Origin: Candidatus Calescibacterium sp.
GTDB lineage: Bacteria; Calescibacteriota; Calescibacteriia; Calescibacteriales; Calescibacteriaceae
Assembly (NCBI GenBank): GCA_032249135.1
Contig: JAVVGL010000003.1
Location: forward strand, 1 to 64,000
Length of the DNA stretch: 64,000 nt
Direction of reading: 5' to 3'
Shown here: piece by piece, positions 21,233 to 33,122 of the stretch
How positions within the stretch are numbered: the first letter of the stretch is position 1
How the letters are laid out: every line of letters starts with the position of its first letter
Program-made: the position numbers and the translations under genes
Notes under the pieces: model-generated
What the model was told of the DNA's origin: nothing
The model's input: the letters and a program-made list of their open reading frames with translations, nothing else
Database searches by the model: none

Positions 21233-21913
21233 TTACTTATAAATCCACTCTTTTACTAATGATTCTCCATCATCTATAACAAAAATAAGTTTTGCTTCAA
21301 AGCTTTCCGATGATAAAACCTTTGTTGATGCCTCTACATACCCTTTGGCGTATCCTGTTGAGATTATGTAATTTCCTTGGGATTCGTCTATTATCTCTTT
21401 GCAGCCGCTCACTTTTATATCAAAAGTAAGTCGCCCTTTTGCTTGGTCTACGCTGCAAACTTGGTTATCTATTTTGCCATCAATACACTGCGGTTTTAAA
21501 TCTTCGCAAGATAGCCTAAATTCTTCCGATTGTTTTTTTGATAGCCCGGTGGTTTTTAACCTGTTGAACAAATTCAAAATGTCATTTTCTTTGCGGTGAT
21601 AAGGAATGGGTTTCTGAGTCCTTGCAGTAATAATTTGTCCTGAGATGATGCGAGCTGTAATAATACTACCTGTGGTTATGCGACCGGTTAGTATGTTACT
21701 GACGGGTCCTGCTGTGAGGTTCCCAAAAGTTTTTGATGCTGCATCATCCGGGTTCAAAAATTTTGTTGGCTCTGCTGTTTTTATTCCTTCATCTGATTTT
21801 TCCCGCATCCCAGTGATGATAGACTAAAAAGAAAAGCAAACCCTAATACTAAAAATACCTAATACTAAAAATAAATGAAAACATAGTTTCCCCTTCTTTT
21901 TTTTTGATATCAT
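21233..21913 (-). pseudogene. Disrupted lipoprotein gene (ORF-track fragment 21233..21808)
   Basis: ATG at 21913; removing one unit of the 16-bp duplication (21842-21873) and adding one base to the 5-nt run at 21797-21801 gives a signal peptide ...FAFLFSLSSLG-C fused to the fragment. Confidence 0.6.
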
Positions 21914-22114
21914 TTTTCCTTCCGTACTTTCGCTCATATAAAGCTTACGCTCATATAAAAGTAAAAAAATTAATCACTTCAAAAAATTCTGCCATAATTT
22001 GAAGGCTCCCGGATGTTTAAAATAACCGCATCAGACAGTGAAAAGGTATGCCAACAGATAAGTAAAATTTAATTTTGAGCTTCGCACATGAGAGAGAAAA
22101 GTTAGAATAAAAAG

Positions 22115-22984
22115 ATGGAAACAGAGAGAAAATACAAAAAGGAACTAAAAAGGTTTGACCCAATTTTGAAAGAGATCTTCTCAAAAGCCGCTGGGAAACT
22201 TATCTCAATAGCAATAGGTGAGAAAATCAAAGAGAAACTTGAAGACATTACGACTGAAATAGAATTTGTTAAATCTCTTCGTCCTGACTTGCTATTCAGA
22301 GCGAGAGAAAAAATTTTTCATATTGAAATCCAGGTTCAAACCGATAAAAATTTGCCTGAAAGGATGCTCATATATTCCCTTGCAATTAAGGAAAAATTCG
22401 GTCAAAAACCTATCCAGATTATCTTATTTGTAGGCAAAGGGAACCCTCCTCCTTCTACTTTTAGGGATGAATTCACAATACACAAATTCATCGTTTTAGA
22501 TATGAAAAAAATAGACCCTGATGAGTTTATAAAGAGTGATAAACCCGAGGAGGTCATCGTAGGAATTTTAGCTGGCAAATTCAAAGATAAACCCAAAATA
22601 ATAGAAAGAATCAAAAAAAGAATTGTAGAAATTGTGAAAAATGAGAAAGAAATTGCTAAATATATAGATAGCATAAGTTTTTTAGCTGGATTATTTGATG
22701 TTAAAATAGAGGTAAAACCTATGCCGATACAAGTTGACATAAGGAAAACTTTTCTTTATAAATGGGGAAAACAAGAAGGTCTTAAAGAAGGAATTTTAGG
22801 TATCATCCAAGTAAAGTTTGGTAGTCAGAGAGCAAAGCAAATCGGAAAAATTTTAGATAAGATAGATGATATAAACCGATTAGAGAAGATAAAAACAGAA
22901 GTGATAAGAGCAAAAACTTGGGAGGATTTCATAAAAGTTCTCAAAAACCCAAATTCAAAGAACAAAAACTCAAAAGGGAAATAA
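22115..22984 (+). CDS. Rpn/YhgA-like PD-(D/E)xK nuclease family protein, copy 1
   Basis: FDPILKEIF, LRPDLL...FHIEIQ, LPERMLIY, GxxEG repeats, helical C-terminal domain. Confidence 0.8.
   Translation: METERKYKKELKRFDPILKEIFSKAAGKLISIAIGEKIKEKLEDITTEIEFVKSLRPDLLFRAREKIFHIEIQVQTDKNLPERMLIYSLAIKEKFGQKPIQIILFVGKGNPPPSTFRDEFTIHKFIVLDMKKIDPDEFIKSDKPEEVIVGILAGKFKDKPKIIERIKKRIVEIVKNEKEIAKYIDSISFLAGLFDVKIEVKPMPIQVDIRKTFLYKWGKQEGLKEGILGIIQVKFGSQRAKQIGKILDKIDDINRLEKIKTEVIRAKTWEDFIKVLKNPNSKNKNSKGK
22721..22984 (+). CDS. Putative intragenic small protein (RpnS-like, 87 aa) in Rpn copy 1
   Basis: In-frame ATG preceded by GAGGT-AAAACCT at the nuclease/C-terminal domain boundary. Confidence 0.5.
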   Translation: MPIQVDIRKTFLYKWGKQEGLKEGILGIIQVKFGSQRAKQIGKILDKIDDINRLEKIKTEVIRAKTWEDFIKVLKNPNSKNKNSKGK

Positions 22985-23011
22985 AAGTACTTATCGGTCA
23001 ATTAGTTCCTA

Positions 23012-26000
23012 TCAAACAAACCTTCTTTTACGCAAAGCAAACAAAATAAAAGCAGGGAAAATTAAGCGAAGCATGTAAAAAACAATATTTACACTTGAAC
23101 AGCCGTATCTTGTATGTTTTTGCTCCTCATTTGTCTGTTTTTGTTCTCTGTTGCCAAAACTTGATTCATCTCTGATAGAGGGCGCACCTCCACCTCCTGA
23201 ACCAAGATTCATAATATAAGTAGGTGAAGTTTTGATTGTATTTGTTCCATCACCAATTTGACCATTATCATTTCTTCCCCAACACCATAAAGAATCATCT
23301 TGTTTTATTGCACAAGTATGGACCCACCCCAAAGACACAGTTTTTACCCCCTGATGACACTATCTGAACAGGAGAACTAGCGCCTGCACTTTGAGATCCA
23401 TTTCCGAGCTGACCAGATACATTATCTCCCCAACACCATAATGAACCATCTTGTTTTATTGCACAAGTGTGACTATCACCTAAATCCAATACGACTCCAC
23501 AAATATTACCCTCATCTATTTGTCCATCACAGTCATTATCTTTTCCATCACATATCTCTGTTGTTGGTGTTCCCGGTGTAGCATTGCACTGTGTCCCAGA
23601 ACCATCAGCTTTGCATACATATTGACCTGTCCTTGCGCATTCTCCTACTCCCACAGTGCAACTTTGCCCTACATTGAAACCTTCATCTGGTTGCCCGTTG
23701 CAGTTATTATCTTTCCCATCGCATATCTCTGTTTTTCCTGGGTTTATATTCGGGTCATTATCGTTGCAATCTCCTGATGTTGCTGACAAGACATATCCAG
23801 TAGGTGCTGAACATACAACTTGCGTTGTTCCATCTGTATAGCCATCTCCGTCTAAATCTTTGTAAAACACAAGCTTTACTCCCTCGTCTGTTTGCCCGTT
23901 GCAATTGTTATCTATCCCGTCGCATATCTCCGTTTTCCCCGGGTTTATCTGATTATTCTCGTCGTTGCAATCCCCTGCTTTTGCTGATAAAACATAGCCT
24001 TGCGGTGCTGAACATCCTACCGATGTCGTCCCATCTGTGTATCCATCTCTATCTAAATCTTTGTAGAACACAAGTTTTACCCCATCATCTATCAATCCGT
24101 TGCAGTCATTATCTAAACCATCACATACCTCATTCACAGGCACGCATACTCCCTCTCCCCTCTTTACCTCCTTTGTCAGCTTTATCTCCCTTACAAAAAT
24201 TCTCTCTCCTCCTTCACTATCCTTAACTTTTACTTTCATCAGATAAGTTCCCCCGCTTGCATTCTCTGGCACATCAACAATTGCTGTTGCTCCATATACC
24301 ATCATCCATCCGCTATAATCTTTCTCTCCTTTCATCAATACCCACTCATAACTCATCTCATCTCCTTCTGGGTCGTATCCCACTGCTGACGCTATAAATC
24401 TCCCTCCTACCATCACATCTCCATCAACATCTATCCTTATTATCTCCGGCGCCCTGTTCTTTTCTACCACCTCTACCTTCATCACAACTCTATCCTCATT
24501 TCCTCCTGTGTCTTTTGCTTCTACCTCCAAATCCGCTTATTTCGCACCCGCTGGCACTACTACCTCAAACTCTTTCTCTCCTCTCCCATTTTCAAGCTTT
24601 ATCGTACCACTATCGCTGAAATCCCAGTCCTTTATACTCACTCCATATCTCGCTGTATCTGAATCATCTGTTATCTCTATCTTAAATCTCAACTTACCCC
24701 CAGGTTTTGCTTTGCCTAATCCCAACACTTTTATCTTTGGTGGTGTATCTTCTACATTCAAAATTATATCAACCGATGCCGTTGAACCTCTTTCCTTCGT
24801 CTGAACCTCAACCTGTGTTGTTGCTCCTCCATAACTCGCATAAACTTTTACTTTACTATTTGTTGGAGCTTTTAACTTGAACTGTCCCCCCGGATTTGTA
24901 TAATCAACCTCACCAAATTCAGTTTCTACCCTCGCTCCTCCTATATGCCTACCTCTCTTTGTCTTCACAGTTCCTATCAACCATGCTGGACGAGTGTCTA
25001 TCTCCTGCTTATCCCATACACACTCCGTCCCCTTCGCCTCGTATTCTTTCTCTACCTCCTCCCTTCCATAAGGACTCAAATATATATACTTGACTTTGTA
25101 TTTATATTTCCCTTCTTCTGTCTTCTTTGCTCTCCCTCCTTGAACTTTGAAGAAACCTCCCTCATCTGTGATGACTGGTGATTTTCCTCCAACCAAAACA
25201 TACACTCCCCTTATTCCTTTTCCTTCCTCATTTTTGACTTGACCCTCAACACACACCTCATTATACTCAAAATTTATATTCTGCGGACACAAAACTTCTG
25301 TATCGTCTGGTTTTACTTTTATTATCTGCACTTGACCTTCTGTTGAACCATCTGGAAACTTCGCTATATACAACAACCTAACTTCTTCCTCCCTCACAAG
25401 TCTTGGTATGCTTACCTCAAATGAACCATCTTGATTTGTCTTTGTGCTGTTCCCATTCACAAATACCTCTATTTCCCCTGGCTTCTGATTTATAAATGCT
25501 GAACACTTTATCTTCACAGGTTCTAATCTCATCACAATTGAGCAGACATCTTCATTTATATCTTTATCAACATAAATTTCCTTTTGAGCTTTGTAAATTC
25601 TACCGTCTTTTTCATAAGAAACCGTCAGAACTAAATTTCCTTTCTTTGAAATCAAGGTGAATTTCCCTGATGAATCTGTTTCTGCTGATTTTCCATCTGA
25701 CGAAACCACTGATGCTCCAACCAAAGGATGTCCTGAAACATCTTTCACAGAACAACTTAATGAATACATTTCAGGTGGAGGCAAAACACCTATATCATGA
25801 CACTTATATCTCTCTTTACCCTCTGTGCTTACTTCCAAAACCCTCGTCCTCTCTTGTATATACCTATATCCCCTTATTGCACCCGCATCCGTTACAAAAA
25901 TCTTGTATCTCCAATATTCCAAAAAACATTACCATATCTTACACAAGATGGCCAACAAAAATAATTCCCCCACCAACACTGTTGTTTCCATTCCAAACAT

Positions 26001-27164
26001 CCATAGTAATACTTTGCTTGCGGAACATAAAGTTTGAACTCACCTTTATCATCTGTCCTTGCATAAGCATAGCTGCTACCTGAATAAGCTATAACATATA
26101 GACCTGGGACAGGTTTCCCATTCGCATCCAAAACTTTCCCCTGAAAACATATCTCTGTTGAGATCAAGGGATAATCTATATTATACCACGATGTATGAGT
26201 TATTGGAACTTGTGCATAAGCTACTTCCTCCTGAACTCCATCTCCATCAACATCCTCATTCACCAATATAACATTTGCGTCAAATTCTGTCCTCTTCCAT
26301 ATCCCTTCTCCTTCATCGTAATAATACCATGGGATACTCCTTATACCTCTCTTATATGCTTCAATTACATCTTTTTGCTGACTATCTGGTATCCTCCTCA
26401 TCACAATCGCTGGATTATCTTTACTTACAACCTGAACAGGATTTCCTTCTGTATCCCTGAAAGTTATGTCTATCCAACCTGATGTTGCAAGCTGAACCCT
26501 TTCTGATGAACCTGATGCTTTTGCAAATTGCGGGTCAGAAGCTTGGAAATCTCCGGGAAATGACCCAATATTTTTGTCTGGGTCCCCAACCGTTATCTCC
26601 GCTGATACCTCTCCCTCATCCTTCTTGAAAATAGATTTTATCCTACTCAAAAAAGAAGGAGACCTTCCGGTCATCATTCCACTGGCTGCAAACCTACCAG
26701 TTATCATAGCTTGACCAGAACTTGTTTTCATAGTTTCAGTTCCATCTTCGTTTTTGTAGTATCTACCTGCAATAAATCTACCAATTATGAAATTGCTATC
26801 CACAAGTTCAGGTGTGAGTTCAAGAGAAATTTGCCGAACAATTGAATCTTTTCTGATGACTTTTGACAAAGGAGCATATCCCTGATGTTCAACTTTCACT
26901 TTCAAATCTCCTTTTATATCATCTTTTTTGAGCTTTGTGTGAAATACGCCGAATTCATCTGTTTTTGTTTCTGCGAGCTTTTTCCCTGATGAATCCTCAA
27001 CTATGACTTTTGCGCTGATGATAGGTTTTCCTTCAAGAGGTTCTTTTTACCGAACCAGAGATAAAAATATCACCTTCTGGTTGCGCTGTCTGCTTTTTCT
27101 TTTTAGCGCAAGAGAAAGAGAAAACCAAGGAAAGCAAAAGAACTAGGACTAAATAATTTTTCAT
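23012..27164 (-). pseudogene. Large multi-domain surface lipoprotein (about 1383 aa when repaired) broken into five pieces
   Basis: MKNYLVLVLLLSLVFSFS-C signal; carboxypeptidase-regulatory-like repeats; Cys/Asp-rich CDGxDNxCxG (MopE-related) repeats; two RCC1 repeats; GC-TM-basic tail. Lesions: +1 at 27044-48, -1 at 25921-26, TAA at 24537-39, +1 at 23347-51. Confidence 0.8.
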
Positions 27165-27271
27165 CTTAATTTACCCCCCTAACTTGTTGGATGATTACAA
27201 AATATAATCATTTTTGAAAAATTTTCTATGATTTTGAAAGGTCTTGTGAATATAAAAAGAGGATAAAATTT

Positions 27272-27346
27272 TGGTGGGCGTGGGAGGAATCGAACCTCCG
27301 ACCTCTACCTCGTGAGGGTAGCGCTCTTCCACTGAGCTACACGCCC
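27272..27346 (-). tRNA. tRNA-Val(CAC)
   Basis: GGGCGTGTAGCTCAGTGGAAGAGCG-CTACC CT CAC GA GGTAG-...GGTTCGATTCC...CACGCCCACCA; cloverleaf with encoded CCA. Confidence 0.96.
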
Positions 27347-27349
27347 CCA

Positions 27350-30300
27350 CTACAAAGCATCATACACCCTATCAATAGAATAAAGCTCCTGAATAGCATA
27401 AACTTGAATTTCAGACAAATCTCCCCCTAACTTTTCTCTTATCTCCTTTATACATAGAACAGCAAATTCTGCGGATTCAATCGTAGTAAAATAGCAAACT
27501 CCTCTGAACAGTACCGCTTTCCTGATATAAGCAGAATCAAAAATAGCTTTTCTGTCGTAATCAAATGTGTTGACAAGAAAAGAAATTTTTCCTGCTTCCA
27601 CAATATCAACAATATTCGGTCTCCCTTCGCCTAACTTGAAAACTTTCAAAGATTTCACCCCATTTTCAATGAAGAATTTATGAGTTCCCTCTGTTGCATA
27701 TATTGTAAATCCAAGCTTTTCCAAGATTTTTGCCAACTCACACGCCTTCGGTTTATCTTTATCTCTCACAGTAAATAAAACAGAACCAGAAAGTGGAATT
27801 CTATTTCCTGCTGCAACTTGAGCTTTATAGAAGGCGATAGCCAAATTAAAATCAATCCCCATAACCTCACCTGTTGACCTCATCTCTGGACCTAAAATCG
27901 GGTCATGCCTTAACTTCAAAAAAGGCAAAACAACTTCTTTCACAGCAAAATATTTACTTTCAAAGTATCCTCTAATTCCCAAATCTTTTAACTCCTTTCC
28001 GCACATGACATAAGTTGCAATCTTCGCAAGAGGGATACCAATAGCTTTTGATATGAACGGAACAGTTCTTGAAGCCCGTGGATTTGCTTCCAGAACATAA
28101 ACTGTTCCATCTTGTATGGCAAGCTGCAAATTCATAAGTCCAACTACTTCAAGCCACCTCGCTATCGTGTATGATATATCAACAACATCTCCCTTGATTG
28201 ACTTTGAAAGACCATATGGGGGCAAAATGTTTGCTGAATCTCCCGAGTGAATTCCGGCTGGCTCTATATGTCTCAATATTCCACCAAACAAAATATCCTT
28301 TCCATCAGACACAAGATCAACATCTAACTCAATTGCTCCTTCAAGAAACTTATCTATAAGTATAGGTTGATCTGGCGCCGCCCTTATAGCTTCCTCAATA
28401 TAGTATTCAAGTTCATCGGGAGAATTCACAATAGCCATAGCTCTTCCACCAAGTACATAAGATGGTCTGACAAGAACGGGATACCCGAGATTTTTGGCTT
28501 TCTCCAAAGCTTCCTCTTTTGAAAAAGCTATATCAGATGGAGGTTGTCTTATTCCAAGATTATCTAAAAGCTCTCTGAATTTCCCTCTATCTTCCGCAAT
28601 ATCTATTGATTCAGGAGATGTTCCTGCTATGTGAAAACCTTCGCTGTGAATTTTTTTTGCAAGCTTCAAAGGAGTTTGCCCGCCAAAACTCACAAAAACC
28701 ATATCTGGCTTTTCATGATGGAGTATCTCAATAACTCTCTCGTAAGTCATAGGTTCAAAATAAAGTTTGTCTGATGTATCATAATCAGTAGAAACAGTTT
28801 CTGGATTTGAATTTATCATTATGGCTTCATAACCGAGCTCTCGCAAAGCAAAACAAGCATGAGTTGCAGAATAATCAAACTCTATACCCTGACCTATCCT
28901 ATTTGGTCCCGCTCCCAATATAACTCCCTTTTTTCTTGAAGACCTCACAGATTCGTTCTCATAATCATAAGTTGAGTAATAGTATGGTGTATATGCTTCA
29001 AATTCTCCTGCACATGTATCAACACATTTGAAAACTGGTAAAATCTTTCTTTTTCTTCTCTCAGCTCTTACCTCATCTTCTCTGACTCCGAGCAAAAAAC
29101 CAATATATTCATCTGAAAAACCAGAACTTTTAGCTTCAAAGAAAATATCATCCGGTAAATCTTTTAGGGCTTTAAAACTTTTTATTTTGCTCTCAATATC
29201 AATTATTTTTTTCATCTGATTTATGAACCATACATCTATTCTTGTTTTCTCTGAAATCCACTGAGGAGATTTTCCTCTTCTCAAAAATTCAAAAATCGCA
29301 AAAATTCTCAAAGGATGCGGTTTTAAATACTTTTCCAATTCAGAGTCATCTATTTGAATCGGCTTGGGAAAAGAAGGTTCTTTTTCAAGGGAACTTATCG
29401 CTTTGAGCAAAGCTTCTCTGAAATTTCTCCCAATAGCTATCACTTCACCTATTGATTTCATCTGAGTACCCAAATAAGGATCAACTTCCGGGAACTTTTC
29501 AAAGTCAAATCTTGGTATTTTTACAACGACATAATCTATTGTTGGCTCAAAAGAAGCAGGAGTTTTTTGAGTTATAAAGTTCGGAATTTCATCTAATGTG
29601 TATCCTACAGCAAGAAGTGAGGCAATTTTTGCTATTGGAAATCCAGTAGCTTTTGATGCGAGCGCGGAACTACGAGAAACACGAGGATTCATCTCTATCA
29701 CAACCATTCTTCCCGTTTTGGGATGGACTGCAAATTGGATATTTGAGCCACCAGTATCTACACCTACTTCAACCATTATTCTTTTTGCGGCATCACGCAT
29801 AGCTTGAAACTCCTTATCTGTAAGCGTTTGAGCAGGAGCAACCGTTATTGAATCACCTGTATGAACTCCCATAGGGTCAAAATTTTCTATTGTGCAGACC
29901 ACAGAGAAGTTATCATTTTTATCACGCATAACTTCAAGCTCAAACTCTTTCCATCCATCAAGATATTCTTCAACGATTGCTGAGTGCTTCGGACTTATAA
30001 ATAAGGCAAATTTTAGCTTCTCAAAGAAATCTTCTTCTGTCCAAGCGATTGAGCCACCTGTCCCCCCAAGAGTGAATGATGGTCTTATTACAGCGGGAAC
30101 ACCTATAACCTCAAAAGCTTGCTTCATTTTTTCTTCCGAATCAACAAAAAAAGACTTTGGAACTTCAAGCCCTATTTTCTCCATAGCTTTTCTGAACTCA
30201 TCTCTATCTTCTGCTTTTTTTATTGATTCGTATCTTGCACCTATGAGTTCAACAGAGTACTTTTGCAATATACCAGATTCATATAACTGAGCAGCAAGAT

Positions 30301-30589
30301 TTAAAGCAGTTTGTCCTCCCAGGGTTGTCAAGAGCGCATCGGGTCTTTCTTTCTTTATCACTTTTTCTACAAACTCAGGTTCAAGAGGTTCTATATAAGT
30401 TCTATCAGCAAATTCCGGATCTGTCATTATTGTAGCAGGATTTGAATTTATAATAACTAATTCATACCCTTCCTTTTTTAGGGCTTTGAGAGCTTGTGTT
30501 CCTGAATAATCAAATTCCGCAGCTTGTCCTATGACTATAGGTCCCGACCCTATGACTAATATCTTCTTTATATCAGTTCTTTTAGGCAT
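27350..30589 (-). CDS. carB: Carbamoyl-phosphate synthase large subunit
   Basis: [30 protein letters not shown], two ATP-grasp halves, MGS-like tail. Confidence 0.98.
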   Translation of the reverse strand: MPKRTDIKKILVIGSGPIVIGQAAEFDYSGTQALKALKKEGYELVIINSNPATIMTDPEFADRTYIEPLEPEFVEKVIKKERPDALLTTLGGQTALNLAAQLYESGILQKYSVELIGARYESIKKAEDRDEFRKAMEKIGLEVPKSFFVDSEEKMKQAFEVIGVPAVIRPSFTLGGTGGSIAWTEEDFFEKLKFALFISPKHSAIVEEYLDGWKEFELEVMRDKNDNFSVVCTIENFDPMGVHTGDSITVAPAQTLTDKEFQAMRDAAKRIMVEVGVDTGGSNIQFAVHPKTGRMVVIEMNPRVSRSSALASKATGFPIAKIASLLAVGYTLDEIPNFITQKTPASFEPTIDYVVVKIPRFDFEKFPEVDPYLGTQMKSIGEVIAIGRNFREALLKAISSLEKEPSFPKPIQIDDSELEKYLKPHPLRIFAIFEFLRRGKSPQWISEKTRIDVWFINQMKKIIDIESKIKSFKALKDLPDDIFFEAKSSGFSDEYIGFLLGVREDEVRAERRKRKILPVFKCVDTCAGEFEAYTPYYYSTYDYENESVRSSRKKGVILGAGPNRIGQGIEFDYSATHACFALRELGYEAIMINSNPETVSTDYDTSDKLYFEPMTYERVIEILHHEKPDMVFVSFGGQTPLKLAKKIHSEGFHIAGTSPESIDIAEDRGKFRELLDNLGIRQPPSDIAFSKEEALEKAKNLGYPVLVRPSYVLGGRAMAIVNSPDELEYYIEEAIRAAPDQPILIDKFLEGAIELDVDLVSDGKDILFGGILRHIEPAGIHSGDSANILPPYGLSKSIKGDVVDISYTIARWLEVVGLMNLQLAIQDGTVYVLEANPRASRTVPFISKAIGIPLAKIATYVMCGKELKDLGIRGYFESKYFAVKEVVLPFLKLRHDPILGPEMRSTGEVMGIDFNLAIAFYKAQVAAGNRIPLSGSVLFTVRDKDKPKACELAKILEKLGFTIYATEGTHKFFIENGVKSLKVFKLGEGRPNIVDIVEAGKISFLVNTFDYDRKAIFDSAYIRKAVLFRGVCYFTTIESAEFAVLCIKEIREKLGGDLSEIQVYAIQELYSIDRVYDAL

Positions 30590-30795
30590 AATGGCGTCAA
30601 GATTTTAAATGGAGAAAGAATCATTTTCTGTTATAATAGTTTTGGAACAAAAAATTTGGTTTATTTTCAGGATTTATGAGAAAATAATGAAACATCAAAA
30701 AGCAACCTTTTCATATAATGCACCAAGAATTTCGCTCCATATATTTTATTTTAACTTTCAGCTTCTATTTTTTGAACTTCGGGCTTACATCTACT

Positions 30796-31737
30796 TTACT
30801 TGTGATTTCTGAAAACTTTGACAAAATCATTCCAGCTTTCAGCCCTTATTAATTCTTTATTTATCTTCTCCAGTTTGTTTATATCATTTATCTTAACTAA
30901 AAAACTTCTAACTTTCCTTGCCTTTGATGGTCCAAACTTCAATTCTACACCCGACAGAATTGCTTTTTTTAGACCCTCTTTCAGACCCTTTATAATTCCT
31001 CTCTGTTCACCTTCTTTTAATCCTTCCCTTTTTCCTTCTTTTAATCCTTCCTCCTTTCCCCATTTATAAAGGAAGGTTTTCCTTATGTCAACCTCAATCG
31101 GCATAGGTTTCACTTTTATTTTAACATCAAATAATCCAGCTAAAAAGCTTATGCTATCTATATATTTTATCATTCTTTCTTCATTTTTCACGATTTCTAC
31201 AATTCTTTTTTTGACTTTTTCTATTATTTTGGGTTTATCCTTGAATTTGCCCGCTAAAATTCCTATTATAACTTCTTCTGGCTTTTTACTTTTTAAAAAC
31301 TCATCTGGGTCAATTTTTTTCATATCTAAAACTATGAATTTGTGCGATGTGAATTCATCCCTGAAAGTAGAAGGAGGGGGATTTCCTTTGCCTACGAATA
31401 AAACAATTTGCACCGGTTTTTTTCCAAATTTCTCTTCAATCCCAATAGAGTATATAAGCATCCTCTTCGGTAAGTTTTTGTCTTGCTGAACCTGAATTTC
31501 AATATGGAAGATTTTCTTCTTTGATTTGAGCAACATATCGGGGCGGAGAGATTTAACAAGCTCTATTTCGGTTGTAATGTCTTCAAGTTTTTCTTTGATT
31601 TTCTCACCTGTTGCTATTGAGATAAGTTTCCCAGCCGCTTTTGAGAAAATCTCTTTCAAAATTGGGTCAAATCTTCTTAACTCTTTTCTGTATTTGTTTT
31701 CTTTCGCACTTTTCTGATTTTCTTGTGGATTCTTCAT
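30796..31737 (-). CDS. Rpn/YhgA-like nuclease family protein, copy 2
   Basis: Highly similar to copy 1; LRPDML...FHIEIQ; longer GxxEG repeat tract; internal Met at 31104. Confidence 0.8.
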   Translation of the reverse strand: MKNPQENQKSAKENKYRKELRRFDPILKEIFSKAAGKLISIATGEKIKEKLEDITTEIELVKSLRPDMLLKSKKKIFHIEIQVQQDKNLPKRMLIYSIGIEEKFGKKPVQIVLFVGKGNPPPSTFRDEFTSHKFIVLDMKKIDPDEFLKSKKPEEVIIGILAGKFKDKPKIIEKVKKRIVEIVKNEERMIKYIDSISFLAGLFDVKIKVKPMPIEVDIRKTFLYKWGKEEGLKEGKREGLKEGEQRGIIKGLKEGLKKAILSGVELKFGPSKARKVRSFLVKINDINKLEKINKELIRAESWNDFVKVFRNHK

Positions 31738-31904
31738 GAAAATTTTGCTTTACTTTCTACATTTAGATTTTAAAATTTTATGCCTCCCCCTAAGGAAAGT
31801 TTCCCCTATGTCAGTGTGCATTAGTATGAGTTTTACATTTCACAAAAATTTTTTAAGAAAAAAAGAAAAAGGAAAAAAAATAAAGTAAGAATTAATGTAA
31901 ATCA

Positions 31905-32672
31905 GTGCGGGATCAAGCAGAAAAATTAAGGGAAATATCAAAAAAAGTAATAACAATAGCCTCCGGTAAGGGAGGGGTAGGAAAAACTACGATAGCAGTA
32001 AATTTGGCACTGGGCTTGAGCAATCTTGGGAAAAAGGTGTGTCTTGTGGATGCAGATTTCGCATTAGCTAATGCTGACCTTCTATTCAGAATAATTCCTA
32101 AAAAGCATATAGGACACTATCTTGAAGGGAATGCTCCTTTAAAAGAAATAATTCAGAAAATAAATGAAAATCTGGTTTTTATACCCGGAACAAGCGGAAT
32201 AACAAAGCTAAATCTTCTTACTGATAGCCAAATAAAAAAAATAAAAAACATAGTAGATGAAATAGATTCCACATTCTTTATCTTTGATGCTCCCGCCGGA
32301 ATAGGAAAAAATGTAATAAAGCTTTCGCTGATTTCTAACTCGTTAGTTTTAATCATAAATCCAGACCCAGTATCAATAACTGATTCATATGCACTTTTGA
32401 AAATAGTCACCAAAGAAGGTTTTAAAGGAAAGACTTTTATTATTGTGAATATGGTAACAAATCAGCGAGAAAAAGAAATCGCCTTCCTCACAATAAAGAA
32501 AGTGGCAGAAAGGTATCTTGGAGTATCTCCCGAACTCCTTGGGTATATACCGTGGGACGAGAAAGTAAGAGAATCATTCAGAATTCAAAAACCCGCAATT
32601 TTAGCATTTCCAAAATCAAAATCATCGGAAGCGATTTTAGAAATATCAAAGAATATTGCGAGCATGTTGTAA
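31905..32672 (+). CDS. flhG: FlhG/FleN-type MinD family ATPase
   Basis: DQAEKLR N-terminal motif, SGKGGVGKT, DADFALAN, SITDSYALLK. Confidence 0.85.
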   Translation: MRDQAEKLREISKKVITIASGKGGVGKTTIAVNLALGLSNLGKKVCLVDADFALANADLLFRIIPKKHIGHYLEGNAPLKEIIQKINENLVFIPGTSGITKLNLLTDSQIKKIKNIVDEIDSTFFIFDAPAGIGKNVIKLSLISNSLVLIINPDPVSITDSYALLKIVTKEGFKGKTFIIVNMVTNQREKEIAFLTIKKVAERYLGVSPELLGYIPWDEKVRESFRIQKPAILAFPKSKSSEAILEISKNIASML

Positions 32673-32799
32673 TGAATGGAAACGAATTTTTCTAAACAAA
32701 GAAAAAACATCAAAAAAATATGAAAACAAAAAAATAATATCAAAAAACACAAAAGATTTTTTCAAACTAAATTTTAAGTGAAAAAGGAGGTAAAACAAA

Positions 32800-33093
32800 A
32801 TGGCAAAGTATGTTATACTATCAAAAATAACATCAGAAGGTCTTGAAACACTAAAAGAAAATCCAGAGAGAATAAAAGAGGTAAATGAGGAGATAGCAAA
32901 AAAATTCGGAGTAAAAGTATTGAGCCAATTTTTAGTTATGGGACCTTATGACTTTGTGAATATAGTTGAAGCCCCATCAAATGAAGCCGTTGTAAAGATG
33001 GCAATAGAGCTTGGCTCACGAGGAACAATTCAAACCCTAACTATGCCCGCAATAGAAATAGAAAAACTAATTGAAGAACTAAAAAAGAAATAA
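32800..33093 (+). CDS. GYD domain-containing protein
   Basis: MGPYDFVNIVEAP, GSRGTIQTLTMPA; SD AAGGAGGT. Confidence 0.85.
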   Translation: MAKYVILSKITSEGLETLKENPERIKEVNEEIAKKFGVKVLSQFLVMGPYDFVNIVEAPSNEAVVKMAIELGSRGTIQTLTMPAIEIEKLIEELKKK

Positions 33094-33122
33094 CAATAAA
33101 ATAAGTGCTATTAAGAAGAAAG

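Noticed and set aside
21985-22065. Slightly GC-richer intergenic patch as a riboswitch or sRNA
   Set aside because: I could not match it to c-di-GMP or other aptamer consensus sequences on either strand; a covariance-model search would be needed.
24537-24539. In-frame stop as recoding or an alternative genetic code
   Set aside because: The codon is TAA, so not Sec or Pyl; TAA, TAG and TGA all end intact genes in the window, and the same gene has three frameshifts.
30609-30812. 67-aa ORF between carB and Rpn copy 2, and similar intergenic ORFs at 41927-42428 and 44285-44696
   Set aside because: Low-complexity AT-rich translations without RBS or motifs; more likely promoter regions.
31783-31810. 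G/C-run patch upstream of Rpn copy 2 as a conserved element end
   Set aside because: Only a weak hairpin, with no counterpart upstream of copies 1 or 3.
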